From Podarcis melisellensis (Eukaryota), in assembly GCA_964234715.1 (NCBI GenBank), contig OZ174290.1: a stretch of DNA of 64,000 nt. One strand, 5' to 3'. The notes beneath the pieces were generated by a model. That model was not told the origin of the DNA and searched no databases. It saw nothing but the letters and a program-made list of their open reading frames with translations. The position numbers were made by a program, and so were the translations under genes. Positions 53,470 to 62,356 of this stretch are shown here, one piece after another (positions within the stretch are counted from its first letter, which is position 1; every line of letters begins with the position of its first letter).

Positions 53470-54140
53470 TAATCCAAATCTTTATTATGGTTATACACCA
53501 GCATAAGCTAAAAGCACCTCCATATATAAATGAAACAAGTTAGATAGGCAATAAGGCAACTGCAGTAGTAGAGGATACACATACTCATTCTCTCAATTAC
53601 AGTAGAGCAGCATAAGATAAAAACACGTAAATCAAACTTTCAGATTTAGACCTGCTGTGTGGCACATACCATCCTCCAACGTATGTCAATCATTGCAGCA
53701 CAATAACTGGCAACTGAATATGTTATATCAGGATTTATATCTTGGAGCAGTAAGGTGATATACAATTGCTCTGTGTGTCCTGGAAATTTGTGTATTATTG
53801 GCAGGATAAAACTAGCACGTATGTTTGTGTAATACTGGCAGTGGAGAAAATTGTCTCTATGTGCCCAGAGCCACAGGGGCATTTTCTCTCCTCATAAGGT
53901 GTCTTCCTAAAATGGCCTTCCTGGATGGCTGAAGGGACAGCCTGGCAATGAGCCAGAGTAAAAGCTCTTTGATGTTTTGATATTTCAAGATTAGTTAAAT
54001 ATGCCATTGGGGAGGTGATGCACCTACTGGTTTCACCGATGATGAAATCTGGGGACCTGGCTAGATCTGACTGATGTTCTATATCAATCATACACTGTTT
54101 TATTGTTTCTTTGGCGTGTTCATGCCAAGTAAAAACTGTG
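53470..54140 (-). mobile_element. Non-LTR retrotransposon 3' fragment (RTE-X-like) with frameshifted CCHC zinc knuckle
   Basis: Minus ORFs give YLTNLEISKHQRAFTLAHCQAVPSAIQEGHFRKTPYEERKCPCGSGHIET / FLHCQYYTNIRASFILPII...DITYSVASYCAA; antisense 3' end ctggtgtataaccataataaagatttgg resembles that of 35542-35886. Confidence 0.75.
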
Positions 54141-54338
54141 GGGTAAGACCTAGAGTTAGCATTTTGTCTACCACTGCTCATTTTCATGTCATTTGAAAGT
54201 TGTCCTTTATAATTGGGGGGGGGGGGACAAGATCACATGGGTAAAAGGATAGTCTAAGCCAGAAGTTAAGTGTGACCATCCATGCCCGAGCCATCAATGT
54301 ACCATGAGAGGTGTGGTGCACACTATTATAATTCAACT

Positions 54339-54658
54339 ATGCCTAAAAGAAAGGTTGCAACTAAAGTTGAGGTGAAGGAGCCACCGAGACGATCGGCTAG
54401 ATTAGCTGCTAAATCTGCCCCATCCCACAACCTCAACCAGAGCCGAAGCCCCAAAAAGCAGCACCCAAGAAAGAAAAAGGAGCAATTGGAAAGAAAGAGG
54501 ACAGAAAGGTAGCAAAGGGATGGAAAGGACTCAAAGGAAAAGATGGAACCAAGCAAGAAGGTGCTAAAGAAGAAATCCACCCTGAGAATGGAGATACCAA
54601 AACTAATGAAGCGCCATATGCTGAAGTGTCCGACAACCAGAAAGCCAAGTCGAAGTAG
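54339..54658 (+). pseudogene. HMG14A: Processed pseudogene of an HMGN nucleosome-binding protein (HMG-14A type, HMGN5-related)
   Basis: ATG 54339: MPKRKVATKVEVKEPPRRSARLAAKSAP (NLS plus RRSARL nucleosome-binding motif). After a frameshift at ~54423-54425 it reads PQPQPEPKPQKAAPKKEKGAIGKKEDRKVAKGWKGLKGKDGTKQEGAKEEIHPENGDTKTNEAPYAEVSDNQKAKSK* (TAG 54656-54658), collinear with chicken HMG-14A as recalled. No introns; 320 nt. Confidence 0.9.
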
Positions 54659-54721
54659 CAAATTTAAACGGAGGGGGGTCATTTATCCCCATTTATTCTG
54701 TACATGGGTGTGATTTTCTTG

Positions 54722-55094
54722 AAACCCAGGAGAGAGTCCCATTCCTGCCTCTATCATTCAGGCTCATTGAACATCACCCAAGTAGCCTGACCAACAGCAA
54801 GGGGCCCACTTTTTTTTCAATTTTCAGCTGAGAAAGGGTAACTGCATCTTGATAATTACATTCTTGCCTCTAATTTAAAAACCCTCCATGCTGTGATGAC
54901 AACCATGCACTTGACAGTGATTAAGATACTCTTATTCTATCACCCGTTTTGTTTTGCTAACTGTAATTATTGCCCTGACGTGACCTTTTGTTTAATCTGA
55001 CCATAAGCTAAGATTTTACTAGGTCAGGGATAGCCACACTACCACATCACTCTGGCAAAATATGAGCCTCTTGTCAATTTCCATAAACAAGACT
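54722..55094 (+). repeat. Diverged direct repeat, copy B (pair of 52854-53248)
   Basis: See copy A; contains gcacttgacagtgattaaga. Confidence 0.85.
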
Positions 55095-55118
55095 CTGTTA
55101 TATACAACATGAGAGTAT

Positions 55119-55213
55119 GTTGGCTCCCTCAGCCTCAAGCGAGATGAGCACCGCACCTCATAGTCGCCTTTTGACTGAACTTAACTGCCCAGGGGTCCTT
55201 TACCTTCTACCTA
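55119..55213 (+). mobile_element. Sauria SINE 3' fragment
   Basis: ggctccctcagcc...gcgagatgagcaccgcacc...caggggtcctttaccttctacct matches the 3' part of 28984-29350. Confidence 0.85.
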
Positions 55214-55579
55214 TTCCAGATTCATATAACTTGTATGTCCTGCTTGCCCATTATGGTGCACAAAGGTACATGCATGGGATTCCCAGCTGGTCTTCCCTCC
55301 GAGCATTGACCACAGCGGCCTGATTATTAAGCCTCCATCCATATTTGTTTGCGGGGAGATTAAACAATGTTGATGGTTTTAATGAGCATTCAGTCCGATT
55401 TCTTTGCTGGGAGGGTAAATGATGGTTCAAGTGTTACACAACACTTTCCAGGTCATTTTCCCCTCCACTTTCCTTATGTCACTGAAGTAGCATCAGCTTC
55501 CCCATGACTCCACCCAAGAGAAGTATGGTGGTTGTACGTGGAATAAACTTACCATTGTCTGACTCAGTTTAAAATGGCT

Positions 55580-56153
55580 GCTGTGATGCAGCAGAAAAAA
55601 AAAGCAATTCTAGACTGCATCAAGAGAAGTATAATGTCCCGATTAATGGAATTAATAGTACCACTCTATTCTGCCTTGGTCAGACCACATCTGAAGTATT
55701 AGGTCCAGTTCTGGGCACCATAGTTTAGGAAGGATTTTGACAAGCTGGTGCAGAGGAGGACAACCAAGATGATAAAGTCTGGAAGCCAAGCTTTATGAGG
55801 AACAGCTGAGGCAGCTGGGTATGTTTAGTCTGGGGAAAATAAGACTGACAGGTGATATGATAGCCATCTTCAACTACCTGAAGAGCTGTCACATTGAAGG
55901 AGGAGGAAGGTTGCTTTCTGCTGCTCCAGAGCGTAGGACCCAAACCAATGGATTCAAATTTCAAGACAGGAGATTCCAGCTAAACATTAGGAAGAACTTT
56001 CTGACAATAAGAGCAGTTTGAGAGTGGAATGAGCTGCCTGGAAATGTTGATGGCCACGTGTCATGGATGCTTTAGTTGAGATTCCTGCATTGCATGAGGT
56101 TGGACTAGATGAACCTTGACGTCCTTTCCAACTGTTCAGTTCTGTGATGCTAT
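55580..56153 (+). mobile_element. CR1 LINE 3' fragment (decayed ORF2 plus tail)
   Basis: ccactctattctgccttggtcagaccacatctg (PLYSALVRPHL); ORF 55821..56021 MFSLGKIRLTGDMIAIFNYLK...RRFQLNIRKNFLTIRAV; tail ggttggactagatga...ttccaac. Confidence 0.9.
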
Positions 56154-57104
56154 TATTGGTTCACCTATGCTCACAAAGACAGCCATTTATTCAGGCCATT
56201 TGGTCACAAGAATGTGATGGGGGGGCAGAGTCTGTATCCCGGTACAGTCTTCACAACTGCATCCACTGTGGAGTCCTATGACAAGCCACTGGCAGACCTG
56301 GACCAGATTATCACATGCAAACTGAGAGATCCTGGCCCTTGAAAAGAGAACTTGGATCTCTGCCCTGTCCCAAACTGTTCATCAGTCCATTGGGCATGAA
56401 CTTGGACCAATTCAGACAAACAGGCTCAGCTTTTATCCAACAAAGAAAGGGTTGCTGCAACACTAGCCAGGCATTTGCTTGAAATTAATAAACTATATGA
56501 GAGAAGCTCCCACAGAAACTATTCAGAACTTTGCTGCTTGAAAATTATGATGTTAAGAAATATTTAGCCTGGTCATATGCACATCTATTCAGGAATAAGT
56601 TCCTTCCAGGTAAGCAGGTACAGCAGAGGCCAAGCAGTGTTATCACCACTCTTGGAAACTTGAAACCAGGTCTGCTATTCTATCTGTTTTTAATGGTGGC
56701 ATTGTTTTCATGGATATTTTCACTGCTGAAAGTTGCCTCGAGGGCAAAAGGAAATGAATATATGGATGAAATATGAGCTCGAGTGCAGGGAGCTCAATCC
56801 CTGTTCAGCCTACTGAACATAGGAGGTCTGCTTCCAGAGACAGTTGTGTGCTACACCGTTTTTACTCACCCTATTGCTTGAACTGAAGCCTGACACAAGC
56901 AGGCATTCTCCAGGTAAAGCTCTCCCTGTCATAGATAAAAGTGGCAGAGAAAAGTAATCCCACAGAATTTCAGTATCACTGGCTGCTGTTAAAGGGGAAG
57001 AAAGAAAGTGGCAATAATTCTGGTGGGTGTTGCAGTTTTTCAAATATCTCTCTTAAAAAAAAAAACCTATCCCTCATTCATTCATTTATGTATGTATGTA
57101 TGTA

Positions 57105-57300
57105 TGGCCACCTCATGAGAAGAGAAGACTCCCTGGAAAAGACCGTGATGTTGGAAAAGATGGAGGGTACAAGGAGAAGGGGACAACAGAGGACTAGATG
57201 GCTGGACAGTGTTCTCGAAGAAACCAACATGAGTCTGACGAAGCTGCTCTTGTCCATAGGGTCACGAAGAGTCAGACACGACTAAATGACTAAACAACAA
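57105..57300 (+). mobile_element. BovB 3' fragment inserted in an (ATGT)n microsatellite, with internal deletion
   Basis: GHLMRREDSLEKTVMLEKMEGTRRRGQQRTRWLDSVLE; ends gggtcacgaagagtcagacacgactaaatgactaaacaacaa; (atgt)n on both sides. Confidence 0.92.
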
Positions 57301-57858
57301 ATGTATGTATGTATGTATGTACCCAACCCTCTATACATATACACACACAAAAAAGTTTGCAAGGAGATCAAACAAAACGAAATGCAGCATATAAAAGTTT
57401 ATAAACTTCAAAATTCATAAAATAGGATTCCACACACTCAATACCCATGCAACTCCCACACTTGCTAGCAAACCTGCACTTCAGTCAGCTTGCAGGTGCA
57501 CACATTCAGCAATGGTTTACACTCTGAGAAAACAGTTGCAGATCTGGATTAACCATCACCTCAATGGACAGCTCCAGTCCTTTGCATGGAGCTGAAGGCT
57601 GATTCCGTAGTATTTATATCTCAGCTCTTAACTCTGGGCATGGAGCATTCAAGGCAGCTCTCATCAGGTCAAAACAATAATAGAAAAACTCGAAAGAATA
57701 AAACAGCAGGAATCAACAAAACCGTACACAGCACAGTGCAAAAATAGCCCCTTTGAGGTCAAACTGAAACTTGAAGGACTTCTCCAGCCTATAGGAGGAG
57801 ACCAGCAGGAAACAGGGCTAAGTGGGTCTTCTAGCTCCACATCCTGGGTGTCTGTACC

Positions 57859-58359
57859 TGTTGTGGTTTAGCACCATAATGAACCAGAGCAATTCACAAC
57901 ACATAGCAGAATAAACATAATGCAGGGTTCCAAAAAATAACTCAGAAACAATAACTTTAACCAGTAATTATTTACTGACGGCAAATGAGCACAACAGTGA
58001 CAAATCCAACTCTTCAGGGTTGGCATAGTCTCTTAGGAAAATCCCAGTTACAGTAAAAACTTAGCTTAAACTTACAATGACTAAAACCTTAGCACTTAAA
58101 CATACCATGTACAGATCACCACACAGGAACTAAGTAGAGAGAAACAAGAAGAAAAGAAAGACAGAAAGTGAAAGCCAGGCTCCTCCTGGTCTGTCCTTAT
58201 AGTCAGCGTGACCTTGAAAGAAAGAGATAATAGTACCAGTATAAACCAGCTTAACTCAGCTTCCCTGAAGGAATAACTCAAACATCAGGAACCTTCTATT
58301 TGTTTCCAGGCAAAATAGAAACTTACTTGTCAGCTAGAAACTTCCAGCTCACACCCGCT
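57859..58359. mobile_element. Candidate solo-LTR-like insertion within an L2 fragment (~57610-57858)
   Basis: Starts TGTTG; flanked by duplicated tgtacc (57853-57858, 58360-58365); L2-like ccacatcctgggtgtc / acacagagaa resumes on either side. No terminal CA at the inferred right boundary. Confidence 0.4.
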
Positions 58360-59811
58360 TGTACCACACAGAGAAAGTTCCAGAACCTTCTTGAATCAAA
58401 TAGAATAGAGAATATTTCTACACTTTAAACCAATACTTACTGTACTCAGAAATGCAAGCCATGACAGTACCAAGCAGGTCCTGTCCTGTGTTCCAACAAA
58501 ATGTGTTTGATGGAAATAGGAACATAGGAGGAGGTATTGGCAGATGGACAGTTTGCAGAGGAGGAGATGGTCCTTTCAGTAACCTGCTCCTATCACCTAC
58601 CAGCTTGTGTTACTGGCGTGGTGCTGTTGCCACTTTTCCATGGCCTTAATTCCACGGGGCAGTGTGATGATAGGAGGGCTGGGTGGATGGAATAACAATG
58701 TCATTGGCTGGCTCAGTATAAGGTAGCTGCTTTCCTAGGTGTCCAGCAGTTGTAAAACAACAACAACCCCACCTTAAAATATTTTAAGTTCTGCAATCCC
58801 TCCTGCCACTCATCTCTCCTGCCGAAAACATCGTGTACAATGAGAGTGTGCTTTGTATCATTACCAATGCACTTAACCTTGCGTGCAAATAGGTGGAGGA
58901 GGGGGAATTTGGAACAAAAGCATGAAAAAGTCAGCAAGCAAACCTCATTGCTGTCACTGAGGTAACCATGCATTGTTAGAAACATATTTGCATGGGCTGC
59001 TCCTTATCTGAGTCCACCAAAAATCCCAGAGAAACAGTCAGCAATTGAAAAGGGTCTGTTGGGAGGTAGGAAAAAGACTGGCTGTGGTGCTGGCTGCTCA
59101 ATGATATCTATTCTCTGGCTGGGGGCAGGCGGGGACCAGTAGCTGATTTAAGGTAGTCTGAAGTTCAAGGTATTCAGCTGGCTCCTTCATGTTGACTTGT
59201 TCCCTGATTCCTCCTTGAAAAGAGCAAACCCAGTTTGATGCTCAGTGCAAATAATTGCTTCCAGCAAAAACAATCGCCCTGTGTCTGCTCTGCTCATTGG
59301 TTGCTGCTGGCTCTGAGATTGAACAACATGCTAAAATTGAGGCGGATATACAAAGGCAGTTTTGTACATATTTGAAGCATCTCTCTACAGGGAAATTCTT
59401 TCGGCATTTAACACATCCCTAGCCTTGGTGCATGAGCCCAGGTGGAATAAAACTGAAATATATTCACACCACAGAGCCTAAATCTGCTATTCAGTGTGTG
59501 GTGGGCAGAACAACATTTCAAATATATACTGTGCATGCTTTATTTATATGAATGATTTATATACTGCTTAACTGCTGTAGTCTCTAAACCGTTGACAAGA
59601 AACAATGCAAAGAATAAACATTTGTTGGCACTATGAAATCAATCATCAATTAAAATGCCTGCAAGACCAAAAAAAAAAAAAAAGTTAAGTAAGTCCTAGA
59701 GTTCAGCAGAGAGGGGGGGAGGCGTCTGACCTCAGCTGGAAGGAACTTCCATAAAATTATCTCACCAGTAAATTACTTTATTTGATCAGAGGGGCCAGTT
59801 TTACAGAGAAA

Positions 59812-59863
59812 TGGGAGACTTACCAACTATACCACTATGGGAGTATAGTTGGTAAGTCTCCCA
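59812..59863. repeat. Perfect 21-bp inverted repeat (foldback) with 10-nt spacer
   Basis: tgggagacttaccaactatac (59812-59832) / gtatagttggtaagtctccca (59843-59863). Confidence 0.95.
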
Positions 59864-59868
59864 ACTAT

Positions 59869-60062
59869 ATTCCTTCCAGTAGCACCTTAAAGACCAACTA
59901 AGTCAGTTCTTGGTATGAGCTTTCGTGTGCATGCACACTTCTTCAGATACCATGCACACGAAAGCTCATACCAAGAACTGACTTAGTTGGTCTTTAAGGT
60001 GCTACTGGAAGGAATTTTTTTTGTTTTGACTATGGCAGACCAACACGGCTACCTATCTGTAA
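59869..60062 (+). mobile_element. Penelope-like element remnant: 3' terminus preceded by an inverted copy (perfect 65-bp arms)
   Basis: Arms 59869-59933 and 59951-60015 are exact reverse complements. Motifs gtagcaccttaaagaccaac, gagctttcgtg...cacttcttcaga and the terminal cagaccaacacggctacc are typical of reptile Penelope-like termini. Confidence 0.8.
59911..59952 (-). ncRNA. Minimal type I hammerhead ribozyme motif
   Basis: Minus strand UGGUAU-CUGAAGA-A-GUGUG-CAUG-CACAC-GAAA-GC-UC-AUACCA: 6-bp stem I, CUGANGA core, 5-bp stem II, GAAA, palindromic AGCU mini stem III, CUC cleavage triplet. Confidence 0.75.
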
Positions 60063-60639
60063 TTAGAATTTTCATTTTATACCTATTTATTCCTTGAACC
60101 AACAGGGAGAAGAGAGGCAAAGTTCTATCTTAGAAGCAGAAATCCTTACGCTACCAGAACAACTTTATTGGATGTTGTCTCCCACCTGCAGTCTGAAGTG
60201 GTACAACCCAAAATTCACACCCACCCACATTATTCTTACTCCCTAGTCAGGTTGCAGACATCTGTACTCTTACATGTGAGTAAGGCCTATTTAATACAAA
60301 GGGACTTGCTTCCAAGTAAACCAACACTGGGTTAGGTTCTTCATGTGCTTATGCCTTTATAGGGTGTGCAATGTAAGCAAGGGATTGGAACTGCCTTATG
60401 ATTCAAGCTCGCTATTAATTTGTTCAGAACCCAAACCCACATGGAACCCAAACGTGCAGTTTGGGACCCACTTCTTAATTCATATAACTGTAGAGCTGGA
60501 AGGACCTTGAGGGTCATCTAGTCCAACCTCCAACACTATATAAGGATCCAGCTAGTGGTGGGAAATGAAATGCTGCTTTTTGGGGGATGTATGTGGTGCA
60601 ATTTTTGTGCTGGTTGAGTGTCTGTTAAAGAACTGTATT

Positions 60640-60970
60640 GTGTGGGAAAGGCACTGTTACTGTTCTGGCATTAAGGAGAGAGACAGCACACCTGATAAGC
60701 AGCCTAATATGACGGGATGATGATTATATCGCCTTCTCAATATATATTGATTTCAGCTGGCGTAGAGCTATCAAAAGACTTGACTCTTCATAGCTTTATG
60801 GTATGTAACATTGTATTGTTAACTTGTGTGCAATCAGTGACAAATGTTTTATAATACTACTTGTAGACACCCCAAAGTAGCTGTCACCTGAATCGGTGCT
60901 GTTGTGTTTGGGCTTGGCCTATGAGGCTGTTGCCGTTAATAGGGTGCAATTAATGCTGATGATACACCCC
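60640..60970. promoter_or_regulatory. Candidate conserved non-coding element
   Basis: Repeat-free; tgattat, ctttatgg, cattgt/tattgtt (SOX-like), aatcagtgaca, ctgtca and caattaatg motifs plus retained CpGs. Confidence 0.35.
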
Positions 60971-62267
60971 AAGCTGGCACACTGTCAACAGAGGGTGGAA
61001 TCAACATTTCCTCCCTCTGCATTTCAGTAGATATTCCTTGAAAGAATCCATATTTTTGTCCCACTTGCTGGCAGTGCAAGTCTAAGCTTTTCTACTTGGA
61101 AGTAAGTCCAATGGAATTCTATGGGACTTGCATAGGATTGTGATCTTAGAGGTTCTTATCTCTACAGACTCCAGTGTTTTCAGTTATTCATCCTTGCCAC
61201 AAAGCATTGTTTGCTTAAAAGGAGCGGTGGTGTCGCCTGCATTGCTGGGAAGTGTAGGAAGTCATTGCAAGTCTTAGAATGCATGAATTTGCAGCATAGT
61301 CTAAAGCAGATGCAAAAGCAAAGCTCTAAGCCTTGCTGAAAAACTGCCTTCCTCCTCACCAAATCTGAAACGGTGTTGCTGGCAACAAGATTAAGATTCC
61401 ATGCTAACTGACACAGCTAATGCCAGATTCAAAGCCCTGTACAGGGAGAAAAGTGGGAGGGGAGCAAGAAAATAAGGTCCCTTTGCTGAACCTTCAGGTA
61501 GACTGACACAGAAAAAAGGCCTGGAACAGGCCTGTTGTCATGTCCCATTTGAGGGGTTTATGCTGGCTACAGGCAGAGCTTCCCTGCCAGTGGGGGCTGG
61601 CAGAAGTAGGCAGGCAGGGTGGAGGGACACCATCTAAACATTCCCCCTTATCACAGTGGATTGGGGGTTTAGACTGTCCTATAATGCAGTCATTTGCTGC
61701 CAACTGATGTTGACTTAACCAGAGTTTCAACAAGATTCACTAGACCAAAGCTCAACTCTGGGACCTTTAAAGTAGGGGCTTGCTCTTGTTCTTGGCCAAC
61801 TAGCCCAGGCACAGCTGAGGTTAGAGGACAAAGGCAGTAGGACCTCTGTTGGATGTGAACCTTGATCTTTCCCTCCTTGTAGAATGGGGAGGGCATTTAA
61901 GTAGAAGATCTTCATCTTCCCTTGTTCTCTTCCTAATGCATGGTAGTAGGAACTGTGTGGTTTGCTAGCAGTATGGGTATTGGAAGATTTTCTGAGTGAG
62001 GCAAGTGAGGCATGGAAACCCAGGGGAAGGCAAAACTCTGTTGGTTGGCTACCTAGGCAGTCAAGTTTTTGAAACAAAGAATCTTAACATTCAAGGTTTG
62101 GATTGTGTTAAGATTGACCTTGAGCTTTCAAAGCATACATATACTCTATGGCTTTTCTTTTTATACCTTGTGAACAACTTGCTGATGTTAACACTGTAAC
62201 TACATGAAAGTTAGGGGGGTCACAAAAGGTTCAACAACTTCTAGCACCTAGCTTGAGCATGGTGGTT

Positions 62268-62356
62268 CATAGGAAGTTGTCTTCCTATGAGTCAGGCTAT
62301 TGGCCCATCTAGTTCTGTATTGTCTACAATGACTGGCAGTGGCTCTCCAGAGTTCC
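62268..62356 (-). mobile_element. SINE (Squam3-like) 3' portion, truncated by the L1 insertion
   Basis: cataggaagttgtc...gagtcaggc...ccatctag...tgactggcagtggctctccag is homologous to 36040-36125 and 36355-36425. Confidence 0.6.

Noticed and set aside
54326-54682. 118-aa hydrophobic minus-strand ORF
   Set aside because: Antisense shadow of the A-rich HMGN retrocopy.
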